Made by a program: the position numbers and the translations under genes. Under the pieces are notes generated by a model. It saw only the letters and a program-made list of their open reading frames with translations, did not search any database and was not told where the DNA came from. A DNA stretch of 64,000 nucleotides from Octopus sinensis (taxonomy: Eukaryota), in contig NC_043005.1 in assembly GCF_006345805.1 (NCBI RefSeq), positions 42,904,001-42,968,000 of the forward strand, read 5' to 3'. Shown piece after piece: positions 25,985 through 39,688 of the stretch (positions are counted from its first letter, which is position 1; the number at the start of each line of letters is the position of its first letter).

Positions 25985-26021
<37 letters not shown>

Positions 26022-26148
26022 AATGAATAGACAGGAATAAGGTGTCCAGGCGAGTACCGTTCGAGCACTCAGTTATAATCCAATTTGTGATTAACCGCTT
26101 CGAAAGGTAAGGATCACACACACACACACACACACACACACACCACAC

Positions 26149-26236
<88 letters not shown>

Positions 26237-26294
26237 ATATGCATACATACATATACATACCGGCATATATATATATGTATATACACATGCATAT

Positions 26295-26880
26295 ATGGGT
26301 ACAGGACGTCAAAAACCGTGAACATGAAAAACGAGAACTTGTAAAAACAAAAACATGGAAAACGTGCTTTTTTCGAACAACGAAAGAAACAAATAATGAA
26401 ATGAGATAGGCAACATAAAGAACAATTCCTTCATCAGTTGTCCCATGCTTTATCTACTCCTTTTTTTTTCGAACGTTAGAACAAGACGCGTCTTCGTCAA
26501 AACAGTCGTTCCCGCAAAGCAAATTAAATAAAATTTGGGATTTGCGGAGGGTTAAAGTTGGTAACAAAAACAGGACAGTAAACTCAAACGGTAAGGGATG
26601 TTAAGCTATAACGAGGTGAAGTGGTGAACGCTGGAGAAACAAGCTTTGACAGGAGACAGGCAAAAATGCGTGTTGTCACTTGTAGCGTAAGGAGGAGAAA
26701 GAAAGATAGCCGCTGGTGACGTGTGAGCAACGAGAGAGTCAAGGAGGTAGAGTGAGGGAGAGAGGCGGACAGATAGAGAATGGTGAAGGGAGAGGAGAAG
26801 AACTATAGAAAAAGTGGGAGAGAAAAAAGAAAGAAAGAAGTGAGGGAGAATAGAAATAGTGATAGGATAGTGATATAAGT
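26295..26880 (-). mobile_element. Probable Penelope-like terminal-repeat (non-coding) fragment
   Basis: Pyrimidine-rich minus strand leading to CTGATGA (26431-26437). Layout resembles 50955-51900 and 58370-58800. Confidence 0.35.
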
Positions 26881-27526
26881 GTTGCTTGTATATATACATA
26901 TATGTATGTATGTATGTATGTATGTGCGTATGTATGTATGTATGTATGTATGTATGTATGTATGTATGTATGTATGTATGTATGTATGTATGTATGTATG
27001 TATGTATGTATGTCTACAGAAACAGAGAGGAAGAGAGAGACTATGTACTCGTAGATAAAGAATCAGAAACTATTTAAACTGGCTTTAAAAACCGCACGGA
27101 TTGGGAAAAGAAATGTTGAAATACACTCGCAGACCTAGTTCCACTAGAACCAATGTAGGCTTTGGTCGCTCTTTACAATTAGATGCCTTCATCTCACAAG
27201 TAACGAAATCTTGTTTCCATTTTGAATATAAAGGGGGATACATGAAGAAATATGTTATAATTCATTTAACGGTTGGTTTCATTTTATAGAAGAGGGACCA
27301 AAAGATTACTTTGCTGAAAATGGTAGCACGTGGTTCCCTATCAATAGAAGCGTTGAGATCGACTCATGCGACTTCTAATTTTGGGGATGATTTTCATTTC
27401 TTTATTTTTCATCAAAAAATGAAGTAAGTACCAGCTGAGCACAAGGGTCGATACAATCGACTTACCCTCTCCAGAACTTGCTGGCCTTGTGCCAAAATTT
27501 GTAATTAATATTTGGACTTTTCTAAA

Positions 27527-27563
<37 letters not shown>

Positions 27564-27565
<2 letters not shown>

Positions 27566-28260
27566 GACGAAGAGCGCGATTCGATTGTAAGATATTTTAT
27601 TAGTTGAACGATATTTCAACAAAGAGGAAGAGTGAGGACGCTGGTTGCTCTCGTTCATACTTTAGGTTTAAATTTCTGTAATTTTGAATTTTTATCACTT
27701 CTTATTTTGAACTTGACAAAGACAGACGTACAGTTGAGATATCGTTGAACTAATAAAATATCTTACAATCGAATCGCGGTCTTCGTTTTGACTGTTTACC
27801 TTTGTGAAGAGTTACGTCAATCCTTTTTTGAAATATTATTATTATTATCACCATTGTTATTATTATTATTATTATTATATTATTATTATTATTATTATTA
27901 TTATTAAGACGAAGAGCGCGATTCGATTGTAAGATATTTTATTAGTTGAACGATATTTCAACAAAGAGGAAGAGTGAGGACGCTGGTTGCTCTCGTTCAT
28001 ACTTTAGGTTTAAATTTCTGTAATTTTGAATTTTTATCACTTCTTATTTTGAACTTGACAAAGACAGACGTACAGTTGAGATATCGTTGAACTAATAAAA
28101 TATCTTACAATCGAATCGCGGTCTTCGTTTTGACTGTTTACCTTTGTGAAGAGTTACGTCAATCCTTTTTTGAAATATTATTATTATTATCACCATTGTT
28201 ATTATTATTATTATTATTATATTATTATTATTATCATTATTATTATTATTATTATTATTA
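27564..28260. repeat. Two tandem copies (342-bp period) of a unit containing a 55-bp inverted repeat, embedded in (ATT)n
   Basis: Anchors 27564/27906 and 27801/28143 give the period. Arms 27566-27620 and 27733-27787 match at 51 of 55 positions. Confidence 0.95.
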
Positions 28261-28264
28261 TACT

Positions 28265-28710
28265 TTCTGGGGAGCAGCCTATTAATGCACAGGGTAAGGA
28301 TGCTAAGCTGCAGAAGTTAGCTGATAAGTCTATTTCTTTTGAGGAGGTTAGCGAAATTTTGTTGCTACATTAAGAAAAAAAGGTTGTGTACTGTGGACAA
28401 GGTTGAACATGTTGATGGTGATGTTAGCGATGTGAAGTTGGATGTCCTAAGTGGTAATGTTTCACTTAAATCAGGAAATTCTAATCTATTATCTCACCTT
28501 GATGAGAAATTGTCGCATTTGTCCATTGAGCAGAAAACTCAATTACCAGATCTAATTCGTGATTTCTCATTTATTTCCGGATGTGTCTGGCCAAACTAAC
28601 ATCGTTAGTAATGATTTAAATGTAGGTGATGCTGTTAAACAACATCTGTATCAGATGAATTCCGTGAAAAACGAAACAATGCGGAAAAGAAAAACAGAGT
28701 ACCACAGCTA
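28265..28710 (+). mobile_element. Gypsy LTR-retrotransposon pol fragment (region just upstream of RT)
   Basis: NSNLLSHLDEKLSHLSIEQKTQLPDLIRDF..FPDVSGQTNIVSNDLNVGDAVKQHLYQMNSVKNETMRK, resembling DVGDAxPIKQHPYRVNP. Confidence 0.7.
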
Positions 28711-29027
28711 CGTTGATATGCCAGAAGATAACCGGTGCTTATTAAAAGATGGTGAACAAAGAAATGATCACAATTACATGCTGGATCATCCAGAGGAATA
28801 CTACTTTGATTATTTCTATTGCCGTTGCACTATGGCCCCCAAAAGTTGATGTTGAAATCGTCGTAGTTGTTACCGTTTTGGTCACATCTGTTATTCAGTA
28901 TTTAAATGCATGGAAAGGAAATATTACAGCTGTCAAAATGTTATGGGACACAGGATGATGAATTAACTTTTAAGAGGAGAGACAATGTTTGTGCTAATGC
29001 ACTTCCTGAACTGAAAAAAATTCAGAA

Positions 29028-29076
<49 letters not shown>

Positions 29077-29077
<1 letters not shown>

Positions 29078-29176
29078 TATGTTTGACTTTTGCTTTATGT
29101 CTGTACAAGTTGGCTCCAAGTCTCACCCAGAGACCTCAAGAGACAACAGGTTGGAAGTTCACGTTGTTGTTATGCC

Positions 29177-29178
<2 letters not shown>
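29077..29178 (-). mobile_element. R4/Dong-type LINE 3' UTR fragment inside (ATT)n
   Basis: About 100 bp of unique sequence ending (minus) in gcaaaagtcaaacatag-(aat)n, with (ATT)n on both sides. No coding motif; assignment is by tail type and recall. Confidence 0.5.
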
Positions 29179-29207
<29 letters not shown>

Positions 29208-29344
29208 TGCATGATATTATTTGCTTCATGCTTTATGATGCATTTGCATTGTGTTTAATGCTTCTACGTTTTGTTTATGATGTTTAATGTACTATCTTTG
29301 TTGTTGTAACGAAAAAAAAAATTCTGAGAAACTTCCTTTTCCCT

Positions 29345-29580
29345 AAGGGGTGGGGAGAGTTGTTACGAAAATGTTTTACTTGGAAAGAAAAAAAAGGGGG
29401 TTTTCATTTAGGCATATTGATTTGAACCGGAATCTACAGAATTCCCTTTTGACGTACCACAGCACTTTCTCACGGAGAGACAAGATTCGACAGCTGAGAC
29501 ACTCAACACATGGCCTATGACGAGCCGATTTATATATTCTCCAGTTGACCATTTTAGCCCCTCCTATACAAACAATAGTT
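29345..29580 (+). mobile_element. Polypurine tract and start of a probable 3' LTR
   Basis: aaggggtggggagagt directly followed by TGTTACG at 29361, 0.65 kb downstream of the Gypsy pol fragment. Confidence 0.5.
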
Positions 29581-29589
29581 GACAAGAGA

Positions 29590-29660
29590 TAAAGAAGATA
29601 CCTTTATCAGTTTCCGGGCCCCATGAGCCTGGCTAAGCTTTAAAAGGGCGCATTTATTTA
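29590..29660 (+). mobile_element. SINE family C 3' end
   Basis: gggccccatgagcctggctaagctttaaaagggcgcatttatt matches 6590-6640. Confidence 0.75.
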
Positions 29661-30304
29661 TTACATAGTAGATATCATACCCCCATACCCACAGTTTACA
29701 CAGGTAGAGTAGAATACTTAGTGGGCTGTTATGTAGATAGATGCATGTATGCGTGTGTGTGTATGTGTGTAAATGCACATGTATGTAAATATATGGATAT
29801 GAAAATAAACAGATCAACATACAGACGGATAGGTACATAGGATATATGAACAGACAAGCACACATACGCAAATGGAGACTGAAATACATGACCATATATA
29901 TACACACACACTTTACTTCACACAAGGACACATATGGAGACACGTGTCCACACATATGGAGATGCACATCCATACATACAAACATGGTACATAGTTGCAA
30001 AACACACACACACACACAGATGCACACACAAGGAGACAGAGGTGCATACATATACAAACACACACACACATACATAAAAATACACAAATACGGACATGCA
30101 AGCACATGAATATACAGCATACATGCATACAGTTATACACACATACATACATATATACACATGCATAAACACACATATATATACATGCATGCAAACATAC
30201 ATACATACATACATACATACGTGCACAAGCACACACACACACACACACTCATACACACACACTGACCCACACACATGCGCACAAACAAACATGCATCACA
30301 ACCA

Positions 30305-30620
30305 TTTCAGCGTGACATAGTGATCTCAGCGCATAACTTAGCAGGTAGGGCCCAGTTAGAATTTTCTTCAGGTCGAGTTGCCCATTCCGCTCAAAAGGTC
30401 TCCGAATAAGGTTTGTTTAAAGATGATGAATGAAACACCCGTGCTTGCAGAGGTGAGTTATTCAGACCCCCAAATAATTCCTCTCAAGACATGGCTATGA
30501 TGCTCCCCCACTACTTCTGCTGGCGATCAGAGATGCAAATATCGTCAGCCACTAATGGACATGCTCAACTGGTTAAGGTCAAACAACTGACAAGCAAATC
30601 TGTAGTATTGAGCAGTTATG
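30305..30620. mobile_element. Probable unclassified interspersed repeat
   Basis: GC-richer non-coding block between microsatellites. No second copy in this window. Confidence 0.25.
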
Positions 30621-30671
30621 ATCGAAAGCCATGAGAGCCTATGTCTGATACTGCATTATTATATTATAATA

Positions 30672-30702
<31 letters not shown>

Positions 30703-30778
30703 CAATAATAATCATTATTATTAATATTATTACAATAACAACAACAACAACAATAATAATAATAATAATAATAATTAA

Positions 30779-30995
30779 GGCGGTGAGCTGGCAGAATCGT
30801 TAGCATGCCGGGGGAAATACTTAGCGGTATTTCGTCTGTCTTCATGTTCTGAGTTCAAATTCCGCCGAGTTCGACTTCGCCGTACTTCCTTTTGGAGTCG
30901 ATAAATTAAGTACCAGTGAAACACTGGGGTTGATGAAATTGACGAGCCCTCTCCCCCAAATTTCAGGCCTTGTGCCTAGAGTAGAAAGGATTATT
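30779..30995 (+). mobile_element. SINE family A, single full copy
   Basis: ggcggtgagctggcagaatcgttagc head through ccttgtgcctagagtagaaagg tail. Confidence 0.9.
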
Positions 30996-31499
30996 ATTTG
31001 ACGCGGTCATTGGTGCGATAGTAATAATCAGGCAGATAGTAACGGTGTCTTCACGTAAATAACGTGGAGTGTTTTTCTGTCGCATGCTGTTTATACACAC
31101 ACATATTCGTGCACATACGTACACACACACACACGCAAATACGTGTATGTATGTGTGATTGTATGTGTGTAAGTGTGATAGTTGAATACGCGTGTTGAAG
31201 ATTTTGGAACGCACAGTCACACCTTAAAGTACATAGTATAGATGACCATCATCGTCTTCAGTAAATGACCATAGATGCAGGAGTAGTTGTTCGTATCTGC
31301 GAATGTTTGTGAGCATGTGTTCCCATTCACTGAGATAAAACTTCAAGATCACAGCTTTGACCTTTCCGCTTGGTTTTTACCTTCACCCGAAGGATGCAAC
31401 CAGATGACCCTAAACTAATCTAACATTTTGTATCGTGACACAAATAAGAATAAGCAAATAAGTAAAATATCCTGGAAGTAAATTACATGCATAAAGCTT

Positions 31500-31760
31500 T
31501 ATTAAAAAAACCCGCAGTAAGCGATGTATATGTGCACCTTGTAAAGTAACAGGCGAACCATCGAAATATTTAATTCGTCGTCACCAAACTTTATTGTCAA
31601 AAATTGCCTTAGAGTATTGGCGTAATGTATTAGCTTCTGATCTTGCATAAAGACGTAGTTTTTGACCTTTAGGTGTCGCCATAGTTCTAACAGTAACTGG
31701 ATTTTAGCATCTTCAGATAATTTTGAAAGATGTGAAAAAATGAGCAATTGAAAATTTCGT
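31500..31760 (-). mobile_element. Possible Tc1/mariner catalytic-domain relic
   Basis: NYVFMQDQKLIHYANTLRQFL resembles FxQDGAPPHYAxxVRxFL around the second catalytic Asp. Confidence 0.35.
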
Positions 31761-31984
31761 TCGACTCTTCGAGGTTATAGCAACTGAGCATGATGGATGT
31801 ATTCATCACGTCAGGCATTTGATATATTAGCAAATTACGTGTATACTTAACATAAATGGACAGATATTATAGAATATATATATTTGGTTATAGTGCTTGC
31901 AAAACATGCAAACAGCATTCTTTCATACGCACACCCACACACATTCACACACGTATATTTATATATCTATACATATGTATGCAT

Positions 31985-32041
<57 letters not shown>

Positions 32042-32147
32042 CAGGTAGGGCGTGCATTTATGTTTGCATGTATGTGCATGTGTGTTTATATGCTATATAT
32101 ACATACATATATGTATATGTGTGTATGCATGTACCGTATGTATGTAA

Positions 32148-32216
<69 letters not shown>

Positions 32217-32356
32217 TATATAAATATATATATATATATATACATACATACATACATACATACATACAAACGTACATTATTTAATTCAGCTATTGTGTTG
32301 TAAACGCTTGAGTTTACTTCTTTTTACACTGTCATCTACCTATGAGTGTATATATA

Positions 32357-32407
<51 letters not shown>

Positions 32408-32503
32408 TGTGTGTGTGTATGTATGTATATATATATGAATAGCTAGATAGATAAATAGACAGACAGACAGGCAAACACACATACATACGTACGTACATAT
32501 ATA

Positions 32504-32886
32504 GGCGCAGGAGTGGCTGTGTGGTAAGTAGCTTGCTAATCAACCACATGGTTCTGGGTTCAGTCCCACTGCGTGGCATCTTGGGCAAGTGTCTTCTGCT
32601 ATAGCCTCGGGCCGACCAATGCCTTGTGAGTGGATTTGGTAGACGGAAACTGAAAGAAGCCTGTCGTATGTATGTATATATATATGTGTGTGTGTGTGTG
32701 TCTGTGTTTGTCCCCCGATGCTTGTGTGTTTACATCCCCGTCACTTAGCGGTTCGGCAAAAGAGACCGATAGAATAAGTACTAGGCTTACAAAGAATAAG
32801 TCCCGGGGTCGATTTGCTCGACTAAAGGCGGTGCTCCAGCATGGCCGCAGTCAAATGACTGAAACAAGTAAAAGAGTAAAAGAGTA
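32504..32886 (+). mobile_element. SINE family B, full length
   Basis: Close match to 7323-7737 and 42902-43330. Confidence 0.92.
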
Positions 32887-33104
32887 ATTATATGTAAGTT
32901 GTGTGTGTGTGTTTGTGTGTTTTTTTCTGTATTTAACGAGACATGAAAAAACATAGAGATCTGCATCCTTAGCATGAGCAATAAAGGCCATTCTTGTGTG
33001 TGCATGCATATACACCTACCTGGCTACATACATACACACATACACATACGTACGTACATACATACATACATACATACATACATACATACATACATACATA
33101 CATA

Positions 33105-36100
33105 GGAACATTCGAAGCGACGAGTCGCGTATTTGGCGTGGGAGACTAATTATCGAAAATACGATGAATACTATCTCCAATTTTGGAGCCACAACTAGTA
33201 GCCTTGTTAAATAACTGGTTAATCTTCAGATGAATTAACTGAGGGAGCCTTTTTTTTTATTCACGATCGTAGTGATTTTCGACGGAAACTTGAGTTTAGC
33301 ATGCAGAGAGATACTACGAAGAACATGGCTGGACACAACATCAGCAACACAATCGAGGAACAGAACGAAAACAACAGCTCAACAGGTAAACAAATTCTTT
33401 CTATCTGTAGTTATAGAATGAACCGTAGCTACAAAACTCATTTCTCTTAGAGTTATGAATTGAATAATGATCTATTTAACTGCTACGAAAAAAGCGAAAC
33501 AAAACCCCGCTGTTGGCTATACGAAACGATTGAAATTATATTGGGACGATCTGCATCCAGAATTAAATCATTTTACTGCGAAGCAACTACGCCAACAAGC
33601 AACATTTGTAGAACATAGAAAGAAGGTTAGTAACTGTAACTTTATTAAATCAAATCTTCCCAACTCTATAAACAAAAGCGAAAACGTGAACTATATAAGA
33701 TCACCACGTGGTTTAGTAGCTAGCGACATTCCAACAGATTCTATAGTGCCTGCCAGCCAAACTATATTACTGGCTCAAGTAACTGACCACTGTCCCCCTA
33801 CTACGACTATGGTAAATAGCGGGTAAGAGTATTGTATAAGTAGTGGTTGTCAGGATTATATGTCAGTGAAATGTGCCCTTACTGAAATTTTCCGAGAACA
33901 AATAACTTTGGCTTTGAAGGACTCTCTCAAGGAGAGAGTATTTTGTACCAAAGTAAGTAAAAAAACCACCAAATACAATATTAAAAGATGTTAACGAAAT
34001 TGGTGATGAGTATTTACAACAGTGTAATGAACCTACATATTGGCAGATTAATGCTTGTCTATATGCTTTGGTTACTACTGTAAAACAGAACATGATATTC
34101 AAAAAGTAAACAAAACCGAAATGACAAAGAAAGTACCATCATGGATTTTGAAGACAGAAAAAAGATAACTGGTTTACGGAAGACCATCAATCATGTAATG
34201 TTGCTTATTGCATGCAAACAAACAAATCACTATACGTCCCATTAACAGAAAGTAAAGAAGGAGATAGAAATTATGTTAGGAGACAGCAAATAGAGGACAC
34301 TCACTTGCAAACTGATTACCCTCAAGCAGGAGCTAAAAGCTGTGAATGAAAAACTCCGACATCAGCAGAGAATAACCGAGAGAAGAACAATAAACAAAAC
34401 ATTTAACCGCAACCAGGTAGCAGTATACAGATACATGAGAGGAGGAACAGTAAACATCACGGAAGCTCCTTCACGAGAAGACATAGACTCCTTCTGGAGG
34501 AAAATCTTGAGTGAAGAGAAAGAATTTAACCAAGATGCTCTGTGGTTGGAATAAATCTGAAGAAGTTATTGCTCCTGCATTACTTCCAACACATACAGCA
34601 TTGATGGTGAAACTCTTGCAGTTGTGATCCAGAATTTCCAGAATGGAAAAGCACCTGGAAGAGACTTGATTGTTGGATATTGGTACAAGAAGCTAACATT
34701 CTACCGACTATATCTTATCAATCTGTACCAGCAAGCTTTCATTTGGGAACAGTAGCATACCACACTGGTTAGATCTGACAGAGACAAAATTGATCCCCAA
34801 ATGCAGAACCACCCACAGGACAAAAACTACTGGCCAATAGCATGCCAGAACTTAATGTATAAAATATATGAAACCGCTTCCTCTAGAACCATTGTGAAAC
34901 AGATAACATTGTCACAGCAGAAGAAGCAGCTGGGAAGAAGGGAGTTTGGGGATGTGCCGAGCAATTGTTAATCAACAACTATGATGTCCGAGGTGCGAAA
35001 GCACAGGAGGAACCTAGTTTCAATGTGGCTACACTACAAGTAACCTTTGACTCTGTTCCCCACTTATGGATGGTAGAAGCCCTTCAACTTGCTAAAATTC
35101 CAGAGGGTAGTGAAAGCCATAGCTGACCTGACTTCATCTAGGCCACCATCTTGAAATTAAACACAAAGAGTGTATTATCACCGGTAGAATACACTATCGC
35201 AATGGCATATTCCAAGCAGACCGCCTCTCTGTGATGTTGTTTAATTTCTATAAACTCCTTGTCATTCATGTTAAGGAAGTCTGAAGGATATCTCGCTGGT
35301 CCACAAGGAAACAGAAATACCAAAATTACACACTTTTTCGTTGTGGATGACTTAAAACTTTACGCAAAAATATGCATGAGATGAATAAGAGCCTTGGCCT
35401 AGTTACAACATCCTTAAACGATGTAGGATTGGTGTTTGGTCAGGAAAAATGTAAAAAAGGGGAAAACTATAAACCAGACTAGTAATATTTCCATTAATGA
35501 TTTGACTGCTTCCCCTATATCTGACGAGGAATGTTACAGGTATCTAGGGGTGGATAAAAATACATCTTACAGTAGCACCTGTAACAAAACATGTGTCACT
35601 AAAGAATATTACAGCCGAATAAAGAAAATTGGAACCTCAGAACTATCTGTGTTCAATAAAACAGTGATCCACAATGTGTTTGCAGTGCTAGTACTCATAC
35701 CAACACTTGCGCTGCTTGATTGGACGCTTCATGAGATCCGAGCCTGTGATGTGAAAATCCGAAAAATACTAACAAGCACACATAATTTCCACATAAACTG
35801 ATGTAGACCGACTCTACCCAAAGCGAATCCAAGGCGGCAGAGGCTTAACATCGATCCAAAATGCCTTTGAATGTCGCATCATATCCCTTCGGCAACATTT
35901 TCTAACCACCAAGTGTCGAAGTGCATCCCTTGACCAAGTTTGCATACATGAGGCTGATAATTTCATAAGACTTGGAAGGCAGCTCCAAGAGCAACAGACT
36001 TTGTCTGATAACCTTGATTACATGCCCAAAGAAGTCGCACAACTCTACCGCAGCGTATCATCAGATGACAGGATGAGCTTATATGAGCAGAAGACTATGC

Positions 36101-37105
36101 ATGGATATGTTACTAGAAAGCTCTGTGATGATAGTAATATCGATCATCAAAGTTTATCATGGACCAATAGCCGGATTACTACCTCCTACTTTGAATGGTA
36201 TGCTTTTGCAATCCAGGAACGGCAAATATCAACCAAGCACCTAATGCACAAAAGGGATAGAGATGCAGGTAAAACCGTAAAGTGTAACAACCATTGCAGA
36301 CTTTGTGGTGTTCATACTGAAGATATCACCCACATCATAAGCAGTTGTCCAAAAATGCCATCACGGTATTATCTACCGATGAGACATTACGTTGTAGCTA
36401 AGACGCTTTATAATGAAATCCGCCGGAAGAAATAAAAACCTACAATATGGTAGAAACCATAGCCACTCATAATAATAAGGAATACTGGTGGAACGTACCT
36501 TAATAAAGACCTCAATAAAATGTAAGCACAACAGACCAGATATAATGATTTGGGATAGACAAGAGAAACTGTGAACAGTTGTGGAATTTTGCTGCCCAGC
36601 GGATGTTAGCATAAAGCTGAAGATCAGTGGAAAAGAGAACACTTATGCTGAACTATTGAGACATCTGCAGTTACTCTAGCCAGATTACAAGTTCAGGTTT
36701 ATACCTGTAATTATTGGGGCTCTGAGATATGTAACACACTGCTTATATACCAATCTTGAGGAAGTAGGTTTCTCAAAACCAGAAAGGAGAAAGCTAATTC
36801 GAAAGCTACAGATTCAATCCATCACTTGAACTGTAAAAATCTGTAAAACTTTCCAGAAATTTATCATCTAAATATATATGAGCATGTCTTGATATGCAAC
36901 TATATGCATGAGAATACATACATAAAACATACAAATCTGCACATACATAAATTACATACATATATGCATACATACATACATACATACATACATACATACA
37001 TACATACATACATACATACATACATACATACAAACTGGGTTAGAAACTGGTTCTTTCTCTATTGGCAAGAAATCTTGAAATAGACGGAATAATGTCATAC
37101 ATACA
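33105..37105 (+). mobile_element. Near full-length degenerate R4/Dong-clade non-LTR retrotransposon
   Basis: N-terminal GYTKRLKLYWDDLHPELNHFTAKQLRQQA; RT motifs KAPGRDLIVGYWYKKL, FDSVPHLWM and VDDLK (DD at 35346-35351); CCHC finger CRLCGVHTEDITHIISSC (about 36295); endonuclease RPDIMIWD (36534). Many stops and frameshifts. (TACA)n at both ends. Confidence 0.92.
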
Positions 37106-37245
37106 AGCCATCACTGGTACTGTGAAAATCTGTAAAACTTTCTAGAAGTTTATCATTTAAGTATATATAAGCATGTCTAGCCATGCAACTGTATGCATGA
37201 GAATACATACATAAAACAAAGCATACAAATTTGGACATATATATC
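37106..37245 (+). mobile_element. Second, 5'-truncated copy of the same LINE 3' end
   Basis: From ccatcac at 37108 it repeats 36819-36940 with substitutions. Confidence 0.85.
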
Positions 37246-37263
37246 CATATCTAAATATATATA

Positions 37264-37305
<42 letters not shown>

Positions 37306-38512
37306 ATAGACAGAAAGAGACAGACGAATGTAGAAACTAAAACGGAAACCGTGAGAGAGAAACCATACGTATGTACATATGTAAAAATATGTGTGTGTGT
37401 GAAATTGATACACACACACACACACACACATAGAAGGCAGGTTCGTAGCTCCAGTTACAATAGACTTTTATCCGGCTGTTTGGATGTCTGGAGACCAAAA
37501 CAATTCGATAAAGCTATTTGTTCCTTTCTTTGAGCGCTCCTTGTTATAATTATAATATAAATCAATTAGGTCAAATGAAAAATTGACACAATCTGTTGTC
37601 TGAAGATACAGCATTTTCATTTTGGAATTAGGCTTAAAATCGTTTCTCTTTCTCACACTTCAGTTAGTCCAGAAATTAACAAATTTAATTTGATTGAGCA
37701 ATTTCTCAGCATCTGATAGTTTATTGATAACACCTTTTAGATAGAAAAATTTACGAGTAAGTCATCAAACACAAACACCTTCACGCAGAGACGTGACTTA
37801 ACACGTATTAGTATCCTTTTCATACTGTCGCTCCTACATCACACCTTTCTCACAGACAAGACCTCTTCGGTTTCTGCAACCTAATCACTGATTTTCATCT
37901 ACTTCCATTTTGAGTTCCACAGACGTTTTTGCAAAACTTAATTCTGCAGACATGATAAACTAAAGATGGAATTTTGATCATGATTTTGTATAGACACAAA
38001 CAGCACCTACATTCAGTTGACTTCTAACTACTCGAAAAGCTCGACTTACAAATCCTGCTCTCTCTTAAAAACGATTATTAATTGCTCGTCAACAATGAGT
38101 CAAAAAGTAAAACTCTACACAATGACTTCTCATAGATATAGGAGCTAAATCTCTTTAAAAAAAACACCCATGAAAACACCATTAAATGAAAGATAGATTG
38201 GAGCTAAATCTTTTTCAAATAACATTCTATCACATTTCAAAAGAAAGGGCAGAATGAAAATATGATGAGACAGTCACAGCTGGTACATTTTTCATATTAG
38301 GTCTATCTCCTTGATCACGTTTAACCCTGGGTTATGCAACAATAACAGTGACAGAAGCTCGTCAGCTAAGCTATAGAAAGGCACAGCTTGTTGCTAAAAC
38401 ATACACTGGTCTTACGTAGTTTTAAGAACGTTAGCTTACATAACGCTATCATCGTGAAACCTCTAACTCTCTAACAACACCATCGAAAGACTGACTGATA
38501 TATAATGTAAAA

Positions 38513-38732
38513 GGTGGCGAGCTGGCAGAACCGTTAGCACGCCGGGCGAAATGCGTAGCCGTATTTCGTCTGCCGTTACGTTCTGAGTTCAAATTCCGCC
38601 GAGGTCGACTTTGCCTTTCATCCTTTCGGGGTCGATAAATTAAGTACCAGTTACGCACTGGTGTCGACTTAATCCGTTTGTCTGTTCTTGTTTGTCCCCT
38701 CTATGTTTAGCCCCTTCTGGGTAATAAAGAAA
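38513..38732 (+). mobile_element. SINE family A, full copy
   Basis: Head, body and gccccttctgggtaataaagaaac tail. Confidence 0.9.
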
Positions 38733-38954
38733 CAGATATATAATGTAAACAAGATATCTTTCAGCCTCTTGGCAGCATAAAAAAAACTGGACAGCAGTAT
38801 ACAACATATTACATTACACATGAATTTCTCTTTAGAGGACGCCATAAATAAGATACCCAACGGATACGTCAGATCCTTCACCACTCAGTCAGTATTTCGT
38901 AAACCCTTAACTCCCTAGCTAATGAAATCACAGCTACTAATAAAATCTTTTATC

Positions 38955-39637
38955 ATATTTTTTACTTGCTTCAGTCACTGAACTGTGGTCATGCTGGAGT
39001 ACCGCCTTGAAACATTTAGTCAAACAAATTGATCCATAATAATAATTAAAGTCAGATACTTATTCTATCGGTCTCTTTGGCCGAACCTAAGTTACAGGTG
39101 CGTAAACGAGCCATCGCTGATTGTTAAGCGGATGGGAAAAAGCGCGCGCGTGCGCGCACACACACACGCGCACTCTCACACACACACCACACACACACAC
39201 ACGAACGCCCATACACACACACTCACACTCACACAATTTCCGTCTAACAAAGTCACTCAAAAGACATTGGTCGGCAGAAAGCTATAGTAGAAGACACTTG
39301 CCCAAGGCGTCGCACGCAGGGACTGACCCCAAAACCACGTGGCTGAAAAGCGAGCTACTTAACCACACAGCCACAAAAATAACGAGTTCCCCTTTTTTTA
39401 TATTATTACATGTATCAGTCATTTGACAGCGGCCATGCTTCAGCACCGCTGTGGAGGATATTAGTCGAACAAATCAACCCCAGTATTTATTCTATCGGCT
39501 TCTTTTGCCGACCGGCTAAGTTACGCGGACGTAAATTCATCAGCATCGGTTGTCAAATGGTGGTGGGAAACAAATACAGACACAAAGATACACACACTCA
39601 CACACACACACATACACACATACGTATATATACACAT

Positions 39638-39688
<51 letters not shown>

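Noticed and set aside
26425-26440. CTGATGA on the minus strand as a hammerhead core
   Set aside because: No correctly placed GAAA, stem III or cleavage triplet could be assigned.
28870-28990. SH3-like YGTQDDELTFKRRD and ankyrin-like AWKGNITAVKML in overlapping frames
   Set aside because: Short, mutually exclusive, stop-terminated and between LTR-element fragments; probably chance. BLASTX would settle it.
37664-37762. Strong acceptor and GTAAGT donor (93-nt exon or 16-nt microexon)
   Set aside because: The 93-nt version has stops in all frames and the 16-nt version has no supporting partner exon.
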